64,000 nt of DNA from a virus: UHGV virus genome UHGV-1550212; one strand, written 5' to 3'. The notes beneath the pieces are model-generated. The model was not told the origin of the DNA, did no database searches, and saw only the letters and a program-made list of their open reading frames with translations. This document shows positions 8,031 to 18,065 of the stretch, in pieces (within the stretch, counting starts at the first letter, position 1; the number at the start of each line of letters is the position of its first letter). Made by a program: the position numbers and the translations under genes.

Positions 8031-9959
8031 TTATCGAACATGCCAAAGAGTGTTCGACTTCACATTGACAGAGCTCTTAAAGTTATTATGACTGCACAGC
8101 CAAACATGCGACTTGTCAAGTTCTGCATAAGCATCTGACTTTAAGAATGCTTCAGAAGATTTGCTTGTCTGTTGCTTTGTCATTGACGCATCACCTACAA
8201 GCATTGCAGTCGAACCTTTATACACTTGTTGCGCATCATCTGCAATTAACGTAGCTTCAAATGGCTGTTGTTGCATAAGCAATGCAAGCGTAGACCGACA
8301 TGAATCTTTGTCTACTCTTATATGTGTAATTTTGCCGGCAAAACCATACAGCTGAACAATGTCTGAGTCATTTGACCAGTCATGCAAAATTGATGTAGAC
8401 TTAACAACTTCTGTCAAGATTTGCATGTCATTGACTGTGGTCGATGTTGACAAACTCAGTACAAGTTCAACGTCACCATTGTTAAGATTGCGTTGTCTAA
8501 TGACTACGCCGTTCCAGCTCTTGCAAATCTTATCATCTACGCTTGCTAAGCTTTCGCCAGTTTTGACATCAAGCACATGTAACAAGCCAGATGACACTGC
8601 AAGCATCAATCTGCCAAGTCGCATCAGTTGCCATGATGCTGCTTGAGCTTTTGCATTGTCTTCAAGCATAAACAAGCAACATGCAGACCAATCTGACGTA
8701 TCAAGTGATTTGACATACTCAACTGCAATGTCATTGCCAACTGCATTCATATCATAATATGCAGCAGACACTGGCACATATTTGAACGACAGCGGTGATT
8801 CATTTACACTGACTGCTTTATGAATGAATCTACGATTATTTTCGTACATGCTCAAGTCGACATGCATGTCATTAACAAACATATTGAGAGCAATGTCTTC
8901 GACTTGTTCAGTTGCAACTTTGTCTGCATCAAAAGTATCAAATGTTTTTGTGAGCTCGTCCAAATTAAGTATCTCTTTCACATCATCAGCAACTTGCATT
9001 TTAGACTCGTCACGGTATTCAGGTCGGTGCTCATATGACTTCAATGTCAGCTCATAATATGGCGTTGATAACATAATGCCATCTGGATGTTGCACAGATG
9101 CAACTTCAAGCATTCGATTTGCTATTGGTACATAGCAATAGTCAAATTGCTGTGGCTGCTTGCCAATGCCAAACACTCGTTCGTATTCTGCTTTTGGCAC
9201 ATGAGCCGTTATACCTTGTTCAAAGTCAATGTCAAATGCGTCATATGTGACTTTGTTCGTGCTAAATTCATTGTCAACAACCATCAGCTTCAGCCACTTA
9301 ACTGCACCAGTATGAATCAAGTCATATGCACGTAATGATGCAACACGATGTTCATCTGACACTTCATGACTAAACCAGATAACAACATGACCAAGCTGAC
9401 GATTCACAGCATTTACAATGTTATCTTGCAATACTATAGCATCTTGCATGTGCGTGTATGGATTGTACAGATGATTGTCTGATTCAATGACAATTGATGC
9501 TTGTTTTGCTGGTGCAAGAATCTCATCAGCGTATGTGACATTGTCAACAGATTCTTCGTTGACTTTGATATCTTCGAGTACGTATGAGTCATGACGAACG
9601 TTTGCTGCATCTGTCCATTGCTTGCGCCATGCAACATCAACAATCATAATGAACTTGACATGTACAGGCTCATCTGCAGTTGCATATGCAAGTACAAACT
9701 CATTCAAATGTGTCGCAGCGTCATACACAGAACCAGGCTCAGACCATGTCTTGCCTGCATCTACAGACCATTTGAATTGCACATTGAGCATTGCATAACA
9801 TTGCTCAGCGTTATCAACAAGCTCAATGTTATTCAATGAGCCTTTGATATCTACAGCAAATTCAAGATACAGTGTAGAATCTTGTCTTACGATGATGCAA
9901 TCGTCATCAGCCCTTTGTGACACTGACTGCTTTGTTGATTCGTTTGATGACTTTGCCAT
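8031..9959 (-). CDS. hypothetical tail/baseplate protein (642 aa)
   Basis: Long ATG ORF in the structural block. It overlaps the upstream gene by 53 nt. Confidence 0.75.
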   Translation of the reverse strand: MAKSSNESTKQSVSQRADDDCIIVRQDSTLYLEFAVDIKGSLNNIELVDNAEQCYAMLNVQFKWSVDAGKTWSEPGSVYDAATHLNEFVLAYATADEPVHVKFIMIVDVAWRKQWTDAANVRHDSYVLEDIKVNEESVDNVTYADEILAPAKQASIVIESDNHLYNPYTHMQDAIVLQDNIVNAVNRQLGHVVIWFSHEVSDEHRVASLRAYDLIHTGAVKWLKLMVVDNEFSTNKVTYDAFDIDFEQGITAHVPKAEYERVFGIGKQPQQFDYCYVPIANRMLEVASVQHPDGIMLSTPYYELTLKSYEHRPEYRDESKMQVADDVKEILNLDELTKTFDTFDADKVATEQVEDIALNMFVNDMHVDLSMYENNRRFIHKAVSVNESPLSFKYVPVSAAYYDMNAVGNDIAVEYVKSLDTSDWSACCLFMLEDNAKAQAASWQLMRLGRLMLAVSSGLLHVLDVKTGESLASVDDKICKSWNGVVIRQRNLNNGDVELVLSLSTSTTVNDMQILTEVVKSTSILHDWSNDSDIVQLYGFAGKITHIRVDKDSCRSTLALLMQQQPFEATLIADDAQQVYKGSTAMLVGDASMTKQQTSKSSEAFLKSDAYAELDKSHVWLCSHNNFKSSVNVKSNTLWHVR

Positions 9960-11457
9960 TGCGAGGATTTATGATTGCAAGTTCAATATCATAGTCGCCG
10001 ATATGACGAAAATGATGTCTAAAAAGATATTTGTCAGATGTAGCTTCAATGACACCACCAGATATTGCATTACGATATGCGCATGTCCATTTGATGTCAT
10101 GCGGAGCATAAGCATATGACAGCTCATCTGGGAAGCAGCACACTTGACTCCCAACTGTCACAGTTGCGCCATTGTCAATCTTGCAGAACCTTGTGTCATT
10201 TGGTCTACGTTGCACTGCATAGTGATGCTGACATTCAAACATGTCTGATTTGATTAACAGAGTTTGCCAAGGCGATTCAATGAGATATCGAGGCTTTTGA
10301 GACTCTTCACTTACAAGTTTACAATGCAGTCCAAGATTTTCAAGCTCTTCAACAAGTTGAGTATTTGCAATGTGTTGGGTGTAGTGTTTGTCATTTGTGT
10401 GTATTTCCACATCATGCTCAGTAGTGTCAACGACATCTGCAATAATTGTCGCAGGCCAGTTGCCAGTCAGCTCAAAATCATCAAATGCAAAATGCAAGTC
10501 GGTGTTAACATGCAATTGTGCTCTGCTCATAGGCTCTTTGCTGTACGCATACAATGCCCATTGCATTGAATTGTCAAGCATCTGAATTTCTTGCACAGAC
10601 CATGTAAACTTTGCAAATTGTGAATCTGCATGCAATTCACAGTAGTCATTGATTTGCTTAAGCAAGTCTTTAACATCTGCGTATGCAATGTTGACTTCAT
10701 CTGCATCAACTTGAATGCCATTGACATCGACAAACTCAGACATCGACATTGCAAATGTGTCAGCATCTTCAATATCAATTTGCATGTTCAGATATGTTGA
10801 GCCGTACTGCAACAATCGCATGCAATCAGAATCAACAAGTTTGATGTCATTCAAATGGTCAAGCCATAGAACATTTGATTGCGCCTTGTCAAGATTGTAG
10901 AGCCATTTTATGATTGAGTCGTCTTTTTTGACATTTTCTGGGTCAAACACATTTGGGTCTGGGTAGCTCATGAAATCTGGCACACCCAATGCTTTTCGTG
11001 TGCTATAGTACAATGTAGCATTGTTCATGCCTGCAATGTCAATTGACTCATCAGGCTCTTGAAGCTTTGCAGCAATTTGAGACAACGAATTGCCTGCATA
11101 TATCTGCTCAAGTGAATGTCGTTTGTTGTCTGCAATAGCAATGACAAAGTTTGCTTGCAATTCTACGATGTTCAGTGTGCGTTTGAATGCTTGTACTTGA
11201 CCATAACAATCTTTGATAGTCAACACAAGTTCATACACACCTGCAGTTGTTATGCCAAGCTTAAGATGCTGTTGAACATCAAGATACGTTCTGTCAAACA
11301 CAAGCTTGCCAGAATCATCATAGATTTCATACGTAGCTTCTCTACAATTTTGTATGAGCGCAGATAAGTCTGCGTCTTTTGATGACCATGCTGCAATTGA
11401 AATGTCTATAATTGCTACATTGTCTCTGTAAAAAAGCCCTATAGGTTGTGGATTCAT
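9907..11457 (-). CDS. hypothetical tail/baseplate protein with PKD/Ig-like segments (516 aa)
   Basis: Long ATG ORF. Beta-rich segments at both ends (YEIYDDSGKLVFDRTY..., ...GDYDIELAIINPRNGKV) look PKD-like by eye only. Confidence 0.7.
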   Translation of the reverse strand: MNPQPIGLFYRDNVAIIDISIAAWSSKDADLSALIQNCREATYEIYDDSGKLVFDRTYLDVQQHLKLGITTAGVYELVLTIKDCYGQVQAFKRTLNIVELQANFVIAIADNKRHSLEQIYAGNSLSQIAAKLQEPDESIDIAGMNNATLYYSTRKALGVPDFMSYPDPNVFDPENVKKDDSIIKWLYNLDKAQSNVLWLDHLNDIKLVDSDCMRLLQYGSTYLNMQIDIEDADTFAMSMSEFVDVNGIQVDADEVNIAYADVKDLLKQINDYCELHADSQFAKFTWSVQEIQMLDNSMQWALYAYSKEPMSRAQLHVNTDLHFAFDDFELTGNWPATIIADVVDTTEHDVEIHTNDKHYTQHIANTQLVEELENLGLHCKLVSEESQKPRYLIESPWQTLLIKSDMFECQHHYAVQRRPNDTRFCKIDNGATVTVGSQVCCFPDELSYAYAPHDIKWTCAYRNAISGGVIEATSDKYLFRHHFRHIGDYDIELAIINPRNGKVIKRINKAVSVTKG

Positions 11458-11468
11458 TGTATTGCAGT

Positions 11469-11918
11469 CTATTGATGATTGTTGTTATCGCACTTATTGA
11501 GCAACTGGTCATAATACGTTTGCTCTGTCTTACGTTGCTGCTCTATCAAAATAATAATTTGTTCCATTTGAATTTCAAATGCAGCGTTTTTGCGAACAAG
11601 TGCTTTATGTTGCTCAGTAGTTAATGCTGCGTCAAGAATATCCAACATATCTGCATGATATGCAGCAATAATTTTGTTGTATTGCTGCATAGCAGTTTGC
11701 AAAGACTCAAATGACTGGTCAGATAGTGTTGACAAAATTTGAACATGCATTTTGTCTGTCAAGCCAATTTTTGCTTGCAGCAAATCACGTTCTGCCGAAT
11801 GCTTTCTGTCAATGTTGATGATAAACATCATCAAAATCATCAATACAAAAGCTATAACAGTCTTGTAGTTCTTGTCATCAATGAATCGCAGCAAAAATAT
11901 GTCTAAAAACTTTTCCAT
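11469..11918 (-). CDS. hypothetical membrane-anchored coiled-coil protein (149 aa)
   Basis: ATG ORF with an N-terminal hydrophobic helix (VIAFVLMILMMFIINI) and a helical remainder. Confidence 0.6.
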   Translation of the reverse strand: MEKFLDIFLLRFIDDKNYKTVIAFVLMILMMFIINIDRKHSAERDLLQAKIGLTDKMHVQILSTLSDQSFESLQTAMQQYNKIIAAYHADMLDILDAALTTEQHKALVRKNAAFEIQMEQIIILIEQQRKTEQTYYDQLLNKCDNNNHQ

Positions 11919-11935
11919 TGCTTATTCTGCATTGT

Positions 11936-13261
11936 TCATTCTGCGATTTCCCAGATTCGTGTTCGTTTATTTGCTATGCTTCGTACTACAGCACTGTCAC
12001 CTATGCGAACATCCCATGCTCGATTTGATGTCAATGTGATGTTCTTTGTGCCACCAGGCTGCTCAAATGATAAGTTTGCTTTGTCAAGTTCAAGCAATGG
12101 GGCCAAGTCCATGCTTTGGTCAATAAGCCAGTCAAAGTACTCAGCGTCAATTTGCGATGTATCAATGTCTGCTTCTGTGACTACAAAAATGTCATTAAGC
12201 TTGTTTGGTCTAACAGTGTCACCAATTGGCTCAAATGCAGTGCTTGGCAGAAGCATTGTATGTGGACGAATGTAAATGATGTCTTCATCTACAAATGCAT
12301 TCATATCTTTAACTATAATTTGCGCTGCTGGCGTGTATGGTTTTGATGTTACAATTTCTGCATTGTCTGAGCCATACAAATATCGAGCCATGTATGATGC
12401 AAAAACATCAATGCTGACATCTGCAAAATGAATGTGCTCTGGCAAAAAGACGTCTTCAAGAATCATGACAAGATACTGCAGCTTCAGCAACAAATCTTGA
12501 TTGTCTGCCATGTTCTTGACAAATTCAGGCATGCCACAATTCAGATATTTGCCAGACGCTTCATTGTATTCATAGGTCAATTGCAGCAAATTTGTGCGTT
12601 TGTACATGCCTGCGTATGGCGAAATGTCATCTTGCAATGGCAGCAATGTTCTGTTGTTGCCATCAAGTGATTTGAGCACTTCATAGATGCGAACAGCTTC
12701 ACTGTAGCCAAGCCAGTCTAATGCAGCATGCAACCCATTGTATGTGCCAAGCTTGCTGTCAATATCATCTCGTCGTATAAGCCACTCTCTTGCTTTGCTA
12801 TTCTGCAATATGAAGTCAACGACATCTTGTCGAATGTCATTCAGCATCAATGCTTTGTTGTAGTACTCAAGATAGTCATGACCCATATTAGACATCATGA
12901 CAAGCAAACGTTCATCAGCATCAACTACTGTAGCAGTCACATTGATATGCAATGCAATGTCATCAACGACAACTTCAATTGCACAAACGTTGTTGCCAAC
13001 ATCGACAGCATTGAATATGATGTTTGCAGTCATGTCGTCATTGACAAGATGCCGAGTAGTCTTATCTACAAGCAGCAATTCATTATTCTCATTAACTGCA
13101 AAGAAACTCAATGCAGACGATAGCAATCTAACTGTGCATTCAACATTGTCTGAAAACAATGATGCAATGTTATATGTGCCCTTTGACACATTGCCAAGCT
13201 CTATGTTAGCGCCGTCATAGATGCGCTTGCCGAATCTGTCAAAAATGTTTATTGCAGCCAT
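11936..13261 (-). CDS. hypothetical baseplate-module protein (441 aa)
   Basis: Long ORF. The tracked start at 13285 is TTG, so ATG 13261 (MAAINIFDRF...) is preferred. It lies downstream of the J-like gene. Confidence 0.7.
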   Translation of the reverse strand: MAAINIFDRFGKRIYDGANIELGNVSKGTYNIASLFSDNVECTVRLLSSALSFFAVNENNELLLVDKTTRHLVNDDMTANIIFNAVDVGNNVCAIEVVVDDIALHINVTATVVDADERLLVMMSNMGHDYLEYYNKALMLNDIRQDVVDFILQNSKAREWLIRRDDIDSKLGTYNGLHAALDWLGYSEAVRIYEVLKSLDGNNRTLLPLQDDISPYAGMYKRTNLLQLTYEYNEASGKYLNCGMPEFVKNMADNQDLLLKLQYLVMILEDVFLPEHIHFADVSIDVFASYMARYLYGSDNAEIVTSKPYTPAAQIIVKDMNAFVDEDIIYIRPHTMLLPSTAFEPIGDTVRPNKLNDIFVVTEADIDTSQIDAEYFDWLIDQSMDLAPLLELDKANLSFEQPGGTKNITLTSNRAWDVRIGDSAVVRSIANKRTRIWEIAE

Positions 13262-13281
13262 GTTACAGTTTCTTATCAATG

Positions 13282-13512
13282 TCAAAGTTTCTTGTCAATA
13301 TCAAAATATGACGTAAAGCGATTCACAAATTCAACAAACAAAATCGATAGTGCGTCACACATGCCAATGAGAGTTGACACGCCAAAATACGCTGCAACTC
13401 TTGTGCTCTTATTGAACACTACTCTACTATACACACCACTCTGCCATGATGGCTTTGCAGTGACAAGCATTGATTGCTTGATTTTGTCTCTTGTAGTGAA
13501 ATTCGATTGCAT
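13282..13512 (-). CDS. hypothetical small protein (76 aa)
   Basis: ATG ORF that exactly fills the gap between two structural genes. Confidence 0.4.
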   Translation of the reverse strand: MQSNFTTRDKIKQSMLVTAKPSWQSGVYSRVVFNKSTRVAAYFGVSTLIGMCDALSILFVEFVNRFTSYFDIDKKL

Positions 13513-13524
13513 ATTTGTGAATCA

Positions 13525-15135
13525 TCAACATTCTACATACGAGCCATCAGTGTTTTCAACAAGCACTTTGATACTCAAGCTTACATCTGTGCCTTGTTGA
13601 CTTCTTATCAATGGCACAATGTCTTTTGCTTGCGGTGCAATATTGCCCATATTGTCAATGTGCTTGTCATTGCCAATGAACTGCACATCTACTGATTTGA
13701 TGACATCAAGCTCTTCAAGTTTTGCAATTGCAGCAGAACGACTAACGAATGTCGATGCATTTGACCAGGAGTCTTCTACAAACGCTTTTGCGGCATCAAG
13801 CAGTTGTTGTTTGACGTCTTCTATGTTTTGCAGTACTGCAGTCTTTTTGACAAGAATGAGCATTTGATAAAATTCAAGTTGCACAGTGTCAAATTGCACA
13901 TCAGTTAGCAGCACATAGTCACCAGTGTTTTCGATAGCATTGTTCAGATATTGTCTATCTGTAGAGTCAATCGTAAATTCTGCTATTGGCAATGACCAGT
14001 AGTCATACACTATTGAGCTCGCTTTGACATACTTGTCTGCAATGTTGGGCACCAGTACAACATGAATTGTCTGAGTCTCTGTATTTGACCAGACATCAAG
14101 TATCTTGTACTGACCAAAACGTGACATAAACGCCCTGATTGAATCTGCTGAGTGCAATACAAGCGCCCTGTTAATTGAACCTGCATGTGAACGTATTGAT
14201 TCGATGTCTTCACCATTGTAGCCGCCGACAATATCTGTCAGCTGTTCAATGACTAATACACCCTTTGGGCTTACAGCAGTAGTGTTTGCATCATACATGC
14301 CATTGACCCATTCAAATGTTGCGTCATTGTCAATCAAAATGTTTCCTGCATAGCCCTCACATGCAGTGTATTCTACATTGACAACTGCATTTTGTGCAGG
14401 AATTTGACCAGCAGTGCCATTGCCAAACACAATCTGTAGTTTGCCATCATATGACCAGCGTTCAATATACCCCTTGCTGTATCTGTCCATTTCATCAAAC
14501 CCTGCATAGCGAGTCCACAGCTCATTGCCAACTGTGACAGTCAATGAATCTTCAGATACAATCAAGTTGCGTTCTTCGATAGTGAATGTTGTCATTGACT
14601 CGCCATCAGAAATGTATTGCTGAGACTTGCGTTCACCTTGTCTGACTGCGAATTCATATCGTACACCCGTCAACTCATTGTTGATGTTGAGTTGCGCAAA
14701 GTCTTGATGCATATCGATGTAGTACATCAATGAGTTCTCTTTGCATTTAATTGCTGCATATCGTTTAATGAACACAGTTGGACCAAGCTCTTTGACTGCA
14801 TCATATGAAAAACTCAATGCAATTTTGCCTGATGCTGCAATGCCACCAACACATTTGTAACATGCAAGCTGTGCAAGTCCTCGTACAGATGCGGTCTGTT
14901 CTGCAGTAAGCAAGTTGTTTTCTTTTGTGCCTACTACAATTTGCGTAAAGATGAGTGACGCAAGTTCTCTGAAACTCTGAACAAGAATTCCAAAAATTGT
15001 GTACTTACCATATTGTTTCTTTGTAGAGTTCAGCAAATTCTGCAGCCAAGTATCTATAGACTGTGACACACCTGAATATGACATTTGCATTTTCTGCATC
15101 CACGTCATATTGTCACGAGTGTTATTTGTGCGCAT
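13525..15135 (-). CDS. baseplate J / gp6-like wedge protein
   Basis: GGYNGEDIESIRSHAG resembles the GG..E(S/T).E..R signature of baseplate-J proteins, and the size and context fit. Start ATG 15135 was chosen just after the ATACATATACAAAC motif. The tracked N-terminal extension to 15237 is translated 30-bp tandem repeat. Confidence 0.65.
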   Translation of the reverse strand: MRTNNTRDNMTWMQKMQMSYSGVSQSIDTWLQNLLNSTKKQYGKYTIFGILVQSFRELASLIFTQIVVGTKENNLLTAEQTASVRGLAQLACYKCVGGIAASGKIALSFSYDAVKELGPTVFIKRYAAIKCKENSLMYYIDMHQDFAQLNINNELTGVRYEFAVRQGERKSQQYISDGESMTTFTIEERNLIVSEDSLTVTVGNELWTRYAGFDEMDRYSKGYIERWSYDGKLQIVFGNGTAGQIPAQNAVVNVEYTACEGYAGNILIDNDATFEWVNGMYDANTTAVSPKGVLVIEQLTDIVGGYNGEDIESIRSHAGSINRALVLHSADSIRAFMSRFGQYKILDVWSNTETQTIHVVLVPNIADKYVKASSIVYDYWSLPIAEFTIDSTDRQYLNNAIENTGDYVLLTDVQFDTVQLEFYQMLILVKKTAVLQNIEDVKQQLLDAAKAFVEDSWSNASTFVSRSAAIAKLEELDVIKSVDVQFIGNDKHIDNMGNIAPQAKDIVPLIRSQQGTDVSLSIKVLVENTDGSYVEC

Positions 15136-15160
15136 ATCAGTTAATTTGTTTGTATATGTA

Positions 15161-15235
15161 TTCGAATGTGCACACATGAGAATAGGTCTCTTCGAATGTG
15201 CACATATGAGAATAAGTCTCTTCGAATATGTACAC
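15161..15235 (-). repeat. 2.4 copies of a 30-bp tandem repeat (TTCGAATGTGCACA(C/T)ATGAGAATA(G/A)GTCTC)
   Basis: Copies lie at 15161-15190 and 15191-15220, with a partial copy from 15221. Each holds the near-palindrome ATGTGCACAT. The array sits between terminator 15241-15266 and the J-like gene. Confidence 0.85.
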
Positions 15236-15240
15236 AAAAA

Positions 15241-15266
15241 GAAGAGCTTGCATATGCAAGCTCTTC
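15241..15266 (-). terminator. rho-independent terminator
   Basis: Perfect 26-nt palindrome GAAGAGCTTGCATATGCAAGCTCTTC followed by UUUUUG. Confidence 0.8.
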
Positions 15267-15308
15267 CATCACCAAAACCTATCTAATTATGGAAACACCT
15301 CTGAAAGG

Positions 15309-15692
15309 TCAAATGATGAATCGTTTTGTGATTGGTCTAAAGTCTTCTGGTAAATCATAGCGTTTTGTAATTGTCACATCGCAAACAAGCAAATCATTCA
15401 TTTGCGTAGCAGACTTTGTAATGAAGCAATTGACTGTCCATTCAAACAAATGCTGCGTAACACTATAATTTTTGAGTGCTGTGATGATATGCGATTGAAT
15501 TGTTGCTGTTGAAATGCTTCTGTGATAAAGCGCAGCATCAATCTTCTCAACATCAAACATAATGTCAATTTCATTCAAAAAGACACGCAATGAATCTGTT
15601 GTTTGCAATTCGTCGTCTTCTTGAGTTTCTACAAAGTCAATGCCTTGCAGCTCTTGCGACATTTGTGATGTATCGAAACGATTATCTGACAT
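15309..15692 (-). CDS. hypothetical protein (127 aa; W/gp25-position small baseplate protein by synteny only)
   Basis: ATG ORF immediately upstream of the J-like gene. A terminator follows it. Confidence 0.6.
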   Translation of the reverse strand: MSDNRFDTSQMSQELQGIDFVETQEDDELQTTDSLRVFLNEIDIMFDVEKIDAALYHRSISTATIQSHIITALKNYSVTQHLFEWTVNCFITKSATQMNDLLVCDVTITKRYDLPEDFRPITKRFII

Positions 15693-15698
15693 GATATG

Positions 15699-17009
15699 CT
15701 ATGCTGTTTGTTGAACATTGACAGTCACAAGTACCTGTTTGCCAGGCTCCTGTGATTTCATTTGACGCGAGACTTCAATGAAAGCATCAAGCAATTGAGC
15801 AGGTGAAACTGTCATGCCTTGCTCCATAAGCTGCTTACGTAATGCTGCGATTTGCTGACTTGCATTTTGGTCATTGCCAATTGACAGCAGCAATGCATCA
15901 AGTCTGCGCTCAAGCTCTGCAACTTTAAGCTGAATTGACTGCAATTGTGATGCTGAATCTGCAAGTTGACTGATGGCTTGCATGTACAAATCAAGCGATA
16001 CGCCATCAATATTCGATACTTCAATGGGCGCAAGCCCAACATTACATGAGCTTACTCGAGTGCAAATGCGAAATGCGATTGCATTTGCAGAGCCGTCATC
16101 AGACATTGCTTTCTTAACAAAGCGTTGCATGCTGTAGCCTCTGCCACCTGATTCTTCATATCGATTGACAAAGAACAATGAGTGCAAGCATCGTGTTTTG
16201 ATAGATGGATTTGACTGCAGCCAAACATCACAATACAATGCAATGCAATTGAATTCAATGTCTTCATTGAATGCTTCATAATCTGAGAACTGCAGCTTCA
16301 ATCTGTCAACTGCACGACTCAGACTGTATCGACTTGCAGGTTCTACAATATCTGCATTGTCATAGATAGCTTTTGTGAATGTTGTGTCGCCATCTTCAAG
16401 ACCCTGAGCATTTTCTTGAAATGCTTCTGGCACATAGCCAACTTCAATGCCTGGATATGTTGCAGCAGACCACTTTGCATTGCATCGCTTTGCATTTGCA
16501 GGTATGTACAGATACTGTTCTGTGTACGACATGCCATTAAGCTCAACTACACCAAAATCTATCGCATTGCCAATGTATGTAACAAGCGGCTGCCAATCTG
16601 AACGTTGCACGAATGCTGCGCCATCTGCAGTAGACTCAAGTTCAAGAGCAGAAGCTTTTTGAAGCATCTTCCACAACGCAGATTCTGCAAATGTTTCATT
16701 AGCAGACTCAAGCAATGAAGTTGCAAGCAATGAGCAGTTGTCAAGGTAATTTTGACACAATGCAGGCACAAGAGCATTTGCGTCTTCAACCATCGTAGTG
16801 TCATTGAACTCTGATGGATGCACAAAGAACTTTTGCCCATTATGCTCAGCGTCGTTGTACCAGTCTGGAATGTTCAAACAAGCAAACACAGACGGCGATA
16901 CGACAATGTCATGATTCAATGTTGCATTTGTCAACAATGTATTTGTGTCAGTGAACACAAGTACAGTGCCTTGTGTTAACTTTAATGGGTCGAAAACGGA
17001 AACTCTCAT
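15699..17009 (-). CDS. hypothetical structural protein with C-terminal coiled coil (436 aa)
   Basis: Long ATG ORF. The C-terminal heptad-like region is QLADSASQLQSIQLKVAELERRLDALLLS. Confidence 0.75.
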   Translation of the reverse strand: MRVSVFDPLKLTQGTVLVFTDTNTLLTNATLNHDIVVSPSVFACLNIPDWYNDAEHNGQKFFVHPSEFNDTTMVEDANALVPALCQNYLDNCSLLATSLLESANETFAESALWKMLQKASALELESTADGAAFVQRSDWQPLVTYIGNAIDFGVVELNGMSYTEQYLYIPANAKRCNAKWSAATYPGIEVGYVPEAFQENAQGLEDGDTTFTKAIYDNADIVEPASRYSLSRAVDRLKLQFSDYEAFNEDIEFNCIALYCDVWLQSNPSIKTRCLHSLFFVNRYEESGGRGYSMQRFVKKAMSDDGSANAIAFRICTRVSSCNVGLAPIEVSNIDGVSLDLYMQAISQLADSASQLQSIQLKVAELERRLDALLLSIGNDQNASQQIAALRKQLMEQGMTVSPAQLLDAFIEVSRQMKSQEPGKQVLVTVNVQQTA

Positions 17010-17011
17010 TG

Positions 17012-17446
17012 TTATGAAATTGTCAATCGATGTTCTGCATCAGTTTGCTCACTACTGAATGTCACTGTTACTGAGTGCTCAGTGTCATTGAAACTTGCAA
17101 TGCACTCATGCTCAATGCCGGCGATTCGCAAATGCACATCAGCAAAAGTCTTGTCAATTGTCGATTTGATGACATACACATATTGCGGTGACTGTGATTC
17201 AAGTCGAGTAACAGTCACATACTGATTGTCTACTTGCTCTTCACTATTTACAAGCTCAGTCAATGTTGGCTTTACTACACTGACATGTGCAAACTGCAAT
17301 GCTTTAAGTACTGCTTTGCTTCTTGAATCTACTTGTTGCTGATTTGACACCAGCAGTTTGATTGCAGAGTATGGCGTCTCTACATTAGCATCAATAGTAT
17401 TGAGTGCAATAGGCTTTACAGTAGCCAAAAATTCTGCAAGTGTCAT
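17012..17446 (-). CDS. hypothetical protein (144 aa)
   Basis: ATG ORF, tightly packed with a 2-nt gap on each side. Confidence 0.65.
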   Translation of the reverse strand: MTLAEFLATVKPIALNTIDANVETPYSAIKLLVSNQQQVDSRSKAVLKALQFAHVSVVKPTLTELVNSEEQVDNQYVTVTRLESQSPQYVYVIKSTIDKTFADVHLRIAGIEHECIASFNDTEHSVTVTFSSEQTDAEHRLTIS

Positions 17447-17447
17447 A

Positions 17448-17948
17448 TTATGAAAGCTGAGCTGTAGTGTACCAAGTTAAGTCAGATTCATTGTACGTCA
17501 ATGCAATTGTAAGAGCTTGACCAAGTTGCTGTGACAATTGCTTACATGAATCAATGAATGCTTGCATATCTGCATATGACTTTGTGTAGAACATGCACCA
17601 TTCTGTTGTATTGACTGCGACATTATGAACATCTGCAAGATGACAGACTTCTACAGATGATACATTAAAGTCTGAGCCATCTTCATCAACATGATGCACA
17701 TTGTTTGCGCACCAATACTGATACAAACGAGCTTTGTCTGATGCAGTCATGTCAAACTGCATGCATTGAGCAATTGATTCATCGACATTATCAATGAATT
17801 GCTTTGCTGATTTTGACTCAAGCATCGCATGATGCAGTGTATAATTTGCATGCCAGTCTGGAGTGCCGATTGCTACGCTAAGCTGATTTTCAAACACAAA
17901 CTGCTGTGCTTGAGCTTCTTCGTAGCATTGTGTCCATGTCTTTGTCAT
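17448..17948 (-). CDS. hypothetical protein (166 aa)
   Basis: The tracked start at 17978 is TTG inside the promoter-like motif. ATG 17948 (MTKTWTQ...) is preferred. Confidence 0.65.
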   Translation of the reverse strand: MTKTWTQCYEEAQAQQFVFENQLSVAIGTPDWHANYTLHHAMLESKSAKQFIDNVDESIAQCMQFDMTASDKARLYQYWCANNVHHVDEDGSDFNVSSVEVCHLADVHNVAVNTTEWCMFYTKSYADMQAFIDSCKQLSQQLGQALTIALTYNESDLTWYTTAQLS

Positions 17949-17962
17949 GTTGTTTATCTTAA

Positions 17963-17982
17963 GTTTGTATATGTACAAATAC
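17963..17982 (-). promoter_or_regulatory. late-type promoter-like motif (minus sense TATTTGTACATATACAAAC)
   Basis: It lies about 15 nt upstream of ATG 17948, directly after the sigma-gene terminator. Confidence 0.4.
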
Positions 17983-18012
17983 TGTTGATGTTGTATTGAA
18001 GCATCGCAAAAT

Positions 18013-18047
18013 AAGGCCAGACTACTCGGTTGAGCTTGTCTGGCCTT
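18013..18047 (-). terminator. terminator after the sigma-factor gene
   Basis: 10-bp GC-rich stem AAGGCCAGAC/GTCTGGCCTT with a 15-nt loop, followed by AUUUUG. Confidence 0.65.
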
Positions 18048-18065
18048 TCAAATGCATTTTGCTTA

